NCBI RefSeq assembly: GCF_006345805.1
Contig: NC_042999.1
Location: forward strand, 123,690,001 to 123,754,000
Direction: 5' to 3'
Source: Octopus sinensis
Lineage: Eukaryota
DNA length: 64,000 bases
Every line of letters starts with the position of its first letter. Within the stretch, counting starts at the first letter, position 1. Below are positions 40,354-51,074 of this stretch, piece after piece. The notes beneath the pieces were generated by a model that did no database searches, was not told where the DNA came from, and saw only the letters and a program-made list of their open reading frames with translations. The translations under genes were made by a program, and so were the position numbers.

Positions 40354-42281
40354 ACGTGGCTCCAAGCTATATACGTGTGTTGTGAGTTATTTTATATGTG
40401 AAAATTGAAAAAAGACGGTTAAAAGTTGTCAAAAATTGAATCGCGCGAGGCGTTTTGCCGCTGCGTGTTTGAACCTTTTATAGAAGGTGTGTCGACCCTC
40501 AAGTCATGGAGACTTACGCGGGGGTCGCCACAACAAAAAGTGACGAGTCACTTAGAATAAAAGAAGTGTTCTTTAGAAAAGAACAATTGAAAGAATACGA
40601 GAAGTTCGTCAAAAGGGAGGGTGATAGCGTGAAGCTGGTCCCGCCTGTGGAAACAATAGAAGAGAAAAATAACATCACGATAACGTATAGAACGCAAGAT
40701 AGAAACACGAGAAAACTGGTGAGAGTGACGATTGAAGAAATAGAGAAATGTCTGGGGACATCATGAAAAAAGCGACTTTTGTAGACAGAGGAAAGAAATA
40801 TGGTACGGTGGAGGTGAGATGCGCAACAAAGGAAGTGGCGGCCTCATTGGCTTCCACTGTCCTGAAAGCGGAAAATTTCACCATGTGGCCGACTTATAAA
40901 GGAAGACGAGGGGTACGGGTAAGAGTCCCAAAGGTACCCCCAAATATTAAAACAGAAATGCTGGTAACAGCCATTATTGGAGCAGCAAAAGAGGAAGTAG
41001 AAATAGGGTCAATTAAGGAGACGAACGTTGTAAATTGGAAGGGATTCGGAGTCGAGTTGTGGCTAATGGCCACAATGGAAGACATCGAAAGATTTCCCTT
41101 CCAAATAGAAATAGAAAACGAGAAGACAATTAGTGTAATAGTGGAAGGCAGAAAACCGAACTGCTACCTGTGCGGATCAAGAGGGCACATAAAAAAGGAA
41201 TGTCCGCTGTATGAATTCACAGCGGAGCAAAAAGAGACACAAAGTGGAGAGAAGGAAAACGAACACGAAGGAAAGAACAGCGAAAACAAGGAAAAGGAAA
41301 TAACGGAGAAACAACAGAGAAGGGAAGTAACAGCGCACTGAAGGAAAATGAAAACAAAGAGAAGAAGATAGTAGAAGAGGAGCAAAATTCACAGGGTGCA
41401 GAAGTAGTGGAGAAGGAGCCAAGGCAGAAGCAAGAGAAAGAAAAGGAAAGTACATTAAAGGAAAGAGAAAAAGCAGGAAAAGAACAAGAGAAGGAACAGA
41501 AACAAGAGAAAGGAAAAGATGGTATGCAAAAAGGAAAAGAAACAACAGGAAAGGAACTTAAGGCACAGGGTAGAGAGACGGCAGACAAAGAGCCAAAAAG
41601 ACAAGAGAAGGAAAAAGAAAGAAGAGAAAGCAAAAAGAGAGAAAGAGAGAAACCGAGGGAGGAGAAAAAAGAGGAAGTAAGTCCTAAGAGAAAAACTAGA
41701 GAAAACGTAGGTACGAATAGAAAATACAAATACTATGGAACGTTGATCCATCACAAGCACTGTGAGGAGATGGAAGATTTAATAAGCGCAACAAACGGAT
41801 ATACGTGGGTCAGGATGGGCACCGAATGGGAAGAAACAGGTGCACTCATCCACGAGAACGACGCCGAGGCGTTCATCGAGGCAGCTGGCGAGAACGTGTT
41901 AAAACATATGAAATGCCGACTTAAAAGGTGGCCTCGAACGATGGAACTTTACTCAGATTTGGTAGACATAATGGAGTGTATAGAATAGAAAAGGTATTGT
42001 GAAAACTTAATTTGGAAATGATAAAAAGAACTTTAAATTCTGAAAAAAAAAAAAAAAAGGAAATGTTGAACTTTGTAAAACTTTTTGAAATGTATGTTGA
42101 AAATGTAAAAAATGTTTTATTGAAAATATTGTTGACGAACAAAATTAATTGACGAAATGTAACCGCTCGATTTCGGGGATCGAGCGGGCATTACACCACA
42201 TTGTACAAACTTCATAATTCATTATTCATTCCCGATTGTATTGTCCCATCTATGTAGCCCCTAGTGGGTAATAATAAAACA
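40354..42281 (+). mobile_element. Element A copy 1: ORF1-only (gag-like) non-autonomous non-LTR retroelement, 1928 bp
   Basis: Starts ACGTGGCTCCAAGC and ends ...CCCCTAGTGGGTAATAATAAAACA. It is directly repeated at 42282-44211. It has one zinc-knuckle ORF and no EN/RT, and shares its 3' tail with element B. Confidence 0.88.
40506..41988 (+). CDS. Element A ORF1-like nucleic-acid-binding protein (~490 aa when reconstructed; frameshifts near 40762 and 41317)
   Basis: ORF-track pieces 40506-40766, 40748-41341 and 41407-41988 join into one protein. Motifs: RGKKYGTVEVR, CX2CX4HX4C knuckle CYLCGSRGHIKKEC, E/K-rich linker, ~85-aa C-terminal domain. The first break is a G4 vs G5 run compared with copy 2. 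Confidence 0.82.
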
Positions 42282-44211
42282 ACGTGGCTCCAAGCTATAT
42301 ACGTGTGTTGTGAGTTATTTTATATGTGAAAATTGAAAAAAGACGGTTAAAAGTTGTCAAAAATTGAATCGCGCGAGGCGTTTTGCCGCTGCGTGTTTGA
42401 ACCTTTTATAGAAGGTGTGTCGACCCTCAAGTCATGGAGACTTACGCGGGGGTCGCCACAACAAAAAGTGACGAGTCACTTAGAATAAAAGAAGTGTTCT
42501 TTAGAAAAAAACAATTGAAAGAATACGAGAAGTTCGTCAAAAGGGAGGGTGATAGCGTGAAGCTGGTCCCGCCTGTGGAAACAATAGAAGAGAAAAATAA
42601 CATCACGATAACGTATAGAACGCAAGATAGAAACACGAGAAAACTGGTGAGAGTGACGATTGAAGAAATAGAGAAATGTCTGGGGGACATCATGAAAAAA
42701 GCGACTTTTGTAGACAGAGGAAAGAAATATGGTACGGTGGAGGTGAGATGCGCAACAAAGGAAGTGGCGGCCTCATTGGCTTCCACTGTCCTGAAAGCGG
42801 AAAATTTCACCATGTGGCCGACTTATAAAGGAAGACGAGGGGTACGGGTAAGAGTCCCAAAGGTACCCCCAAATATTAAAACAGAAATGCTGGTAACAGC
42901 CATTATTAGAGCAGCAAAAGAGGAAGTAGAAATAGGGTCAATTAAGGAGACGAACGTTGTAAATTGGAAGGGATTCGGAGTCGAGTTGTGGCTAATGGCC
43001 ACAATGGAAGACATCGAAAGATTTCCCTTCCAAATAGAAATAGAAAACGAGAAGACAATTAGTGTAATAGTGGAAGGCAGAAAACCGAACTGCTACCTGT
43101 GCGGATCAAGAGGGCACATAAAAAAGGAATGTCCGCTGTATGAATTCACAGCGGAGCAAAAAGAGACACAAAGTGGAGAGAAGGAAAACGAACACGAAGG
43201 AAAGAACAGCGAAAACAAGGAAAAGGAAATAACGGAGAAACAACAAGAGAAGGGAAGTAACAGCGCACTGAAGGAAAATGAAAACAAAGGGAAGAAGATA
43301 GTAGAAAAGGAGCAAAATTCACAGGGTGCAGAAGTAGAGGAGAAGGAGCCAAGGCAGAAGCAAGAAAGAAAAGGAAAGTACATTAAAGGAAAGAGAAAAA
43401 GCAGGAAAAGAACAAGAGAAGGAACAGAACCAAGAGAAAGGAAAAGATGGTATGCAAAAAGGAAAAGAAACAACAGGAAAGGAACTTAAGGCACAGGGTA
43501 GAGAGACGACGGCAGACAAAGAGCCAAAAAGACAAGAGAAGGAAAAAGAAAGAAGAGAAAGCAAAAAGAGAGAAAGAGAGAACCGAGGGAGGAGAAAAAA
43601 GAGGAAGTAAGTCCTAAGAGAAAAACTAGAGAAAACGCAGGTACGAATAGAAAATTCAAATACTATGGAACGTTGATCCATCACAAGCACTGTGAGGAGA
43701 TGGAAGATTTAATAAGCGAAACAAACGGATATACGTGGGTCAGGATGGGCACCGAATGGAAAGAAACAGGTGCACTCGTCCACGAGAACGACGCCGAGGC
43801 GTTCATCGAGGCAGCTGGCGAGAACGTGTTAAAACATATGAAATGCCGCCTTGCAAGGTGGCCTCGAACGATGGAAGTTTACTCAGATTTGGTAGACATA
43901 ATGGAGTATATATAAAAGAAAAGGTATTGTGAAAACTTTTAATTTGGAAATGATAAAAAGAACTTTAAATTCGGAAAAAAAAAAAAGAAATGTTGAACTT
44001 TGTAAAACTTTTTGAAATGTATGTTGAAAATGTATAAAATGTTTTATTTGAAAATATTGTTGACGAATAAAAATAAATGACGAAATGTAACCGCTCGATT
44101 TCGGGGATCGAGTGGGCATTGCACCACATTGTACAAACTTCATAATTCATTATTCATTTTCCCGATTGTATTGTCCCATCTATGTAGCCCCTAGTGGGTA
44201 ATAATAAAACA
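42282..44211 (+). mobile_element. Element A copy 2, 1930 bp
   Basis: Near-identical to 40354-42281 with scattered substitutions, and has the same termini. Confidence 0.88.
42434..43915 (+). CDS. Element A ORF1-like protein, copy 2 (frameshifts in the purine-rich linker ~43370-43580)
   Basis: ORF 42434-43489 (351 aa, open through the zinc knuckle) plus the C-terminal piece ending at 43915. Confidence 0.82.
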
Positions 44212-44431
44212 ACCTGGAGGAAATCTAATTTTTGCGTTATTAGTAAGTTGATATATATTTTTGCTCTTGTACTATTATCTCTGTTATTATATACTGTTGG
44301 TCTACCTGTTTTTGTCTATTGTTGTCTAACGGACGAAGTCAGCCTTCGCGCGAAGACTTCGCGTTGGTGTTCCCCCCTCAGTGGGGGAAAACTACAATTA
44401 ATTGGATTTACCAAAGGCTTGTTAAAGCCAT

Positions 44432-45818
44432 ATGTTCAAGATGGAGTCCCCCATCTCTTATTCGCCCGTGACGAGCGAGGATGAATACCCGGCGTTGTCG
44501 CCAAGTAAAAAAGAGGCGTTGTCGCCAAGAAAAAAAGAAGCGTTGTCGCCGAAGAAAAAAGAGGCGGCGTCGCCCAAGAAAATGGAAAAACCAGTACCAG
44601 CATCAACTCCAGCAAAAAAATTCGCTGAAGTGGCTGGGAAAAAGATCAAAAAAATAAATATAGAAAATTTTAAAAAATTTGCAGACTGTGTAAAAAAAGA
44701 AGGCACAGAAGTGACTGTGGCCACAAACATACAAATACATGACGATATAGAAAAAAAAAGAATAATATATAAAACTTACGACACAACGAAAAAAATGATC
44801 CAAAAAATCGAAGAAAAAAAAATAGAGTCTTGTCTAAAACCTTTTATGGATAAAGTAACGTATATAAACAGAGGAAAAAGATACGGCACAGTGGAGGTGC
44901 GTTTTACTACGGAGGAGATAGCGAAGAAACTATCGATGGAGCCAATCAAAGCGGAAAACATTGTCTTACTACCATTGTATAAAGGAAAAAGGACGTCGAA
45001 AATTTCGATGAACAACATTCCGCCAGAGGCAGATGCTGAATGTCTGGTGGCAGCAGTGATGGTAGGTCTGGAGGAAAAAATAAACATCCTCCAGGCCACA
45101 GTGGAGGAAGAGAGTTCTGGAAAGGGCAGAAAATAGTGATAGCCATTCAGGCGGAGGTGCAAACACTGGAAGAAATTCCAGAAACGGTAAAGATTAGTGA
45201 AGACGAGAAAATAACAGTTTTCGTGGAGGGCAGGAAGCCGAGGTGCTTCGGCTGCGGCAAGAAGGTCATGTAAGGGCGGAATGCCAACCCCAACCCAAAC
45301 CGCAGGAAGCACCTAAGCCAAAAGAAAAAGAAGATAATGTGTCACCAGAAGCAGCGTCGGACGGCCCAGAAGGGAAGACTGAAGGTGTGGCAGTGACGGT
45401 GACAGCAGAACCAGCGGCGGAGGAAAAAAAGAGCGAGGAAAAGATAAATGAGGAGGAGTGGGCAAAAATTACCGGAAGGAAAAAAAGAAAAACGGAAACC
45501 ACCCCTCCCAGAGTAATTTTAAAAAAGAAAAAAGAGTCAATGAACTCATATATGGCCGTAAAGGCAGCAAATAGCAGACTCGGAAACGTGTTGGCAGCCA
45601 TGGCCAAAGTGGAGAAAGTAGTGGAAAAAAACGACTTTGTAATTTACAGAATAGGCCGGAAGGATTACGGGCGGATAAAGTCAGAATTCTTCCATGACGT
45701 AGGCCCACTTAGATTGGATGTGACATCTCCACATATATTCGAGGGCCTACGTCAGACTCCCCCACGAGGCCCAGAAAAAGAGTTAGAAGAACAAGAAAAA
45801 ACCGAACCACTGATATAA
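44432..45818 (+). CDS. B1 ORF1 (SPxK repeats, RRM-like region, CCHC zinc knuckle); apparent frameshifts ~45110 and ~45265
   Basis: ALSPxKKE repeats, RGKRYGTVEVRF, knuckle CFGCGKKGHVRAEC (seen intact in B2 and B4), stop TAA at 45816-45818. Confidence 0.85.
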
Positions 45819-45826
45819 GGTAAGTA

Positions 45827-48800
45827 ATGGATTACATTTATGTTGGTTGTTTGAATGTGCGCGGCCTGGGAGCAGGCTGGAAGCAAGGTCGCTTCCTGCA
45901 TGATATCAGGTCGCGTAATTTAGATGTTATTGTTGCTACAGAAACCCGGTTAGAGGGACCAAGAGGTCTACTCCCGCTGTTTGACGGCTACGAGAGTTTT
46001 TTCTCTCCTGGCAGTCCTACAGGCGGAGTGGGGTGTTGGTCCTATTAAAAAGAAACCGGGTTTCTGAGAAAAGTTTAATTTTTGCAGATACAGAAGGTAG
46101 GCTGGTCGTCATGGATTTGACGTTCAGTAATGGTAAAGTTATCAGACTGGTTGCAATTTACGCACCCAACCATACAGGGCAAAGTGATTATTTTCGTGAA
46201 CTAGAAAACTTTCTTGGTACTTCGCATTCATTAGTGGTGCTAGGAGACTTTAACACAATTTGCAAAGCGGATGTAGATTGTGTTGGCTCGCGTCCAGATA
46301 GAAAAGGCAACAGTGGCTTCATGGAACTGCTAACCCGCTTTGAGCTAGCAGATCCTTATAGGCTGGAATTTCCGAACGCTCCATTGTGGACATGGTCAAA
46401 CAGCGACGGATCTTCCAGGTCATATTTAGATAGAATACTAATTAGAAAAGTAGACAGTAAAATAGCTAAGTGTCCACAGTTTTACCCGATCAGCTACAGT
46501 GATCATAAAATGGTCACCTGTAAGCTTGACATAGATAAGGTTAAAAATAGAGGATCCGGTTACTGGAAACTTAATACGTCCTTTTGGCGATTAAGGAGTA
46601 CAAAGACCGGATTAGGAATATAATTCAGAGGGCACTATCTGGTACCATCATTAATAACAAATGGTGGTACGCCCTCAAACGAGCCATCAAGTTTCAGTCT
46701 ATTAGATATAGCATAGGAGTAGTGGCTAGAGAGGCTAGAAGGGAAACTACTCTAGTTAAGGAATTAGAGGAAGCCTTGAAAACTGGCTCTGCGGCTCAGG
46801 TGGCGTCCAAGAGACTGGTGATAAACCAGCACCTCGAGGCCAAACACATGGGCTGCATTGTCAGGGCTAGAATCCGCCATATGGGATGTGAAGGAATCAA
46901 CGCCGTGAGATGGGCCCGAGTGGTGGAAGCTCAGCATGGTAACGATGCCACGATTCGATCTTTGACGAACCAACAAGGTGAGTTGATAAACGAACCCGAG
47001 GAGATGTGTGAGGCCTTTCAGGAGCACTTCGCTCAGCTTTTCGGTGAGTGCGGCGGACTGGATAGGAGGAGGGCCTTTACGGACCTACTCGACGGGCTGC
47101 CGCGCTTATCGGGGCGAGATGCGGAGGGCTGTGAAGGGCCAATCACGCCTGAGGAGGTGGTTGAGGCAGTGGCGGACTGCGGCGCGGGCAAGGCGCCGGG
47201 TTTGGATGGTCTACCCTATGAGTTATATAAGAGTATGCCAGACTTGTTCGGGCACCTACTGGTGGAGGTCTACGCGAACTGGCAGCAGAACGGGCTTATA
47301 CCCAGATCTGTGCGCGGGGAGTAGTGACTCTCGTCAGAAAGGACCCGAGCAAGGGGGAGTGCATTGATAATTTCAGGCCCATCACTCTACTAAACACAGA
47401 GTTGAAGATTTTGGCCAAAGTGTTATCGAAAAGATTGGCGCGTGTCGCGGATGGTCTGATCGGAGAGGCACAGACATGTGCCGTTCCGGGCAGATCCATT
47501 CAGGATAATCTCCATCTAATGCGGTACACTATAGAGGGGTTTAATAGTGATTCTGGCAAGGGTGGGGCACTGGTCCAATTAGACCAATCTAAAGCTTTTG
47601 ATAGGGTCGACCATCGTTACCTGGTATCTGCCCTGGCACAGTTCGGGCTGGGCCTTGGCTTCCTCAGGTGGATTATCCAAATGTATGATAACATCGACTC
47701 GGTAGTTCGGGTGAACGGCTTCTTGTCGAAGCCGTTCAAAATCAAACGCTCGGTTCGTCAAGGGTGTCCGCTCTCCCCGCTTTTGTACGTGATGGCTCTC
47801 GAGCCATTACTGCGAAAACTGAGCGGCATCCCGAGACAGCCAGGTAATGGAAAATCAGTATCAGCGTACGCGGATGACATCACCATCATCGTAACCGAAA
47901 TGGACCACCTATGTAAAGTAGGCAAGGCCATAGAGGTTTACGAGACGGTGACAGGAGCAAAAGTTAATCGCGAAAAGTCAGTCGGCTTGCAACTCGGCAC
48001 CTGGAGAGGCAAGTCGATGCCTCCTGACAGCGTCGTGGGACGTTGGACGGAGGGTCCGATTAAACTGCTAGGGGTCTGGTTCGGTCCAGACCTCCAAATA
48101 GAGAAGAATTGGGGCGAGGTAACGAGCAAGGTGGCTGCAGTAGCCAAGACCTGGTCTTGGCGGTGGCTATCCCTGAAAGGAGGGCGGAGGTGGCCAATGT
48201 GTTTATCGCATCGGTTATCACCTACCGCCTTTCCGTCGTTCCTTGCCCTGATTCGTGGTTGATCAAGTTGGAAAGACAGCTCTTCTACTTCTTGTGGAAG
48301 GGCGGGAAACCACTTGTGAAACGCTCTATTTGCTGTCAACAACCGTTAAAGGGTGGGCTAGGGATGCCTTGGCTGATGATGCGCAGACATGCGCTGAGGT
48401 TAAGACATCTGTGGCTCTACCTGGACGGTGAACGGGTGTGGTCTTCGCTAGCAAAACTGATGTTTCCCAAGTTCACTAGTTTCGGTGGATGGGAAACCTG
48501 GCTGAATCGTAGATCGAAAGTTGGTACTTGGTACACGGAGTGTCGCAAGGCTCTCCTGCTATTCCGTCGCTCGGGCAACGCCTGCGGTGGGGGTTCCACC
48601 ACATTCTTCTATAGAGGGTTGGTAGAGGCGGAATGTGAAGATACCTTGGGGGAAACCCTAGGTCTCGACGATAATCAGCTGGCCAGTCTGTTCCGACGTA
48701 CGTTCGAGCCGAGGACATTGGACAACTTCCAGAAGTCTCTGGCATGGCAATGCTACAGAGGAGCTCTACCTGTTCAGGATAAACTCGCAAGGCACGGTGG

Positions 48801-49218
48801 CCAAGACAGTCCGATATGTCCAAGATGCGGGCGGGATAGGGAAACTGTCCCGCACGCGATTGTTCATTGTCCGGACGTGTCTGAGGTGTGGGTTTATGCC
48901 GAACACCTGTTGTCAGGTACACGAAGAGTACAGCTGTCGACTGAGTCGATTACAAAAATTGACCCACCGGATTTCCTCGTGAATGAAGGTAAGTTTCGTT
49001 TTCTCGTTGTAGTAGCAATTGCGAAAGAGGTGATATGGAAGACGAGAATGAAAGGTTTACAGTCAGGCAAGTTCATCTCCGGCCCTGGTTTGATGAATTA
49101 TTTCATCTTTCACCTGAAAAGGAAGATAGGGCTGGAAAGAATATGCCTGACTAGGAGAGTGTATGAAGAACGATGGAAGGATGTAGCACGAAAGTTGCGA
49201 GTGAAAGATACAACATAA
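45827..49218 (+). CDS. B1 ORF2: AP endonuclease + reverse transcriptase + C-terminal Cys/His domain (~1130 aa; several single-base frameshifts)
   Basis: EN motifs: GCLNVRGL, ATETRL, IYAPN, LGDFN, YLDRIL, SDHKMV, GYWKLN. RT motifs: APGLDGL, FRPITLLN, LDQSKAFDRVDH, RQGCPLSP, YADD. C-terminal CPRCGRDRETVPHAIVHC. These are typical of the L1 clade. Confidence 0.93.
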
Positions 49219-49681
49219 ATGTAATACCAAGCGCAACCAAAAGTATCAGTGGGGAGGCGGGGCTCGTGGGGTCCGAGCTAAACCCGCACCCACTCCACCC
49301 GTAACGTCTTCCGGTCTGTCCCATCATTCGATTTCTGTCCATTTATTGTAATTCATGAAAAATTTTTAAATTCGATTTATTGTAAAAACCCATTCGTGTG
49401 TCTGACCCCTCATCAGATTGTATTGTCCCATCTTTGTTCGCCCCTTGTGGGTAATAATAAAACATGGAGGAAATCTAATTTTTGCGTTATTAGTAAGTTG
49501 ATATATATTTTTGCTCTCGTACTATTATCTCTGTTATTATATACTGTTGGTCTACCTGTTTTTGTCTATTGTTGTCTAACGGACGAAGTCAGCCTTCGCG
49601 CGAAGACTTCGCGTTGGTGTTCCCCCCTCAGTGGGGGAAAACTACAATTAATTGGATTTACCAAAGGCTTGTTAAAGCCAT

Positions 49682-51066
49682 ATGTTCAAGATGGAGTCCC
49701 CCATCTCTTATTCGCCCGTGACGAGCGAGGATGAATACCCGGCGTTGTCGCCAAGTAAAAAAGAGGCGTTGTCGCCAAGAAAAAAAGAAGCGTTGTCGCC
49801 GAAGAAAAAGAGGCGGCGTCGCCCAAGAAAATGGAAAAACAGTACCAGCATCAACTCCAGCAAAAAAATTCGCTGAAGTGGCTGGGAAAAAGATCAAAAA
49901 AATAAATATAGAAAATTTTAAAAAATTTGCAGACTGTGTAAAAAAAGAAGGCACAGAAGTGACTGTGGCCACAAACATACAAATACATGACGATATAGAA
50001 AAAAAAGAATAATATATAAAACTTACGACACAACGAAAAAAATGATCCAAAAAATCGAAGAAAAAAAATAGAGTCTTGTCTAAAACCTTTTATGGATAAA
50101 GTAACGTATATAAACAGAGGAAAAAGATACGGCACAGTGGAGGTGCGTTTTACTACGGAGGAGATAGCGAAGAAACTATCGATGGAGCCAATCAAAGCGG
50201 AAAACATTGTCTTACTACCATTGTATAAAGGAAAAAGGACGTCGAAAATTTCGATGAACAACATTCCGCCAGAGGCAGATGCTGAATGTCTGGTGGCAGC
50301 AGTGATGGTAGGTCTGGAGGAAAAAATAAACATCCTCCAGGCCACAGTGGAGGAAGAGGAGTTCTGGAAAGGGCAGAAAATAGTGATAGCCATTCAGGCG
50401 GAGGTGCAAACACTGGAAGAAATTCCAGAAACGGTAAAGATTAGTGAAGACGAGAAAATAACAGTTTTCGTGGAGGGCAGGAAGCCGAGGTGCTTCGGCT
50501 GCGGCAAGAAGGGTCATGTAAGGGCGGAATGCCAACCCCAACCCAAACCGCAGGAAGCACCTAAGCCAAAAGAAAAAGAAGATAATGTGTCACCAGAAGC
50601 AGCGTCGGACGGCCCAGAAGGGAAGACTGAAGGTGTGCAGGTGACGGTGACAGCAGAACCAGCGGCGGAGGAAAAAAAGAGCGAGGAAAAGATAAATGAG
50701 GAGGGGTGGGCAAAAATTACCGGAAGGAAAAAAAGAAAAACGGAAACCACCCCTCCCAGAGTAATTTTAAAAAAGAAAAAAGAGTCAATGAACTCATATA
50801 TGGCCGTAAAGGCAGCAAATAGCAGACTCGGAAACGTGTTGGCAGCCATGGCCAAAGTGGTGAAAGTAGAGAAAAAAAATGACTTTGTAATTTATAGAAT
50901 AGACCGGAAGGATTACGGGCGGATAAAGTCAGAATTCTTCCATGACGTAGGCCCACTTAGATTGGATGTGACATCCCCACATATATTCGAGGGCCTACGT
51001 CAGACTCCCCCACGAGGCCCAGATAAAGATTTAGAAAAACAAGAGAAAACCGAACCACTGATATAA
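49682..51066 (+). CDS. B2 ORF1 (homopolymer frameshifts in the 5' third)
   Basis: ORF 50092-51066 (324 aa) with the CCHC knuckle, plus upstream pieces. Confidence 0.85.
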
Positions 51067-51074
51067 GGTAAGTA

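Larger units (their letters stand above)
44215..49464 (+). mobile_element. Element B copy 1: full-length L1/Tx1-clade LINE, 5250 bp
   Basis: 5' TGGAGGAAATCT, ~215-nt 5' UTR, ORF1, 8-nt spacer, ORF2, ~245-nt 3' UTR ending CCCCTTGTGGGTAATAATAAAACA. Confidence 0.92.

Noticed and set aside
44776-45312. Long antisense ORFs within elements A and B
   Set aside because: Shadows of the purine-rich sense ORFs.
49461-49478. Junction-created mini uORF AAAACATGGAGGAAATCTAA (MEEI*) in good Kozak context
   Set aside because: Absent at the A2-B1 junction; probably incidental.
49396-49734. 112-aa ORF spanning the B-B junction and 5' UTR, with a hydrophobic TM-like stretch (also 58528-58866 and 44194-44484)
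   Set aside because: It starts at GTG with no in-frame ATG, and the hydrophobicity follows from the T-rich UTR. There is no independent evidence of coding.
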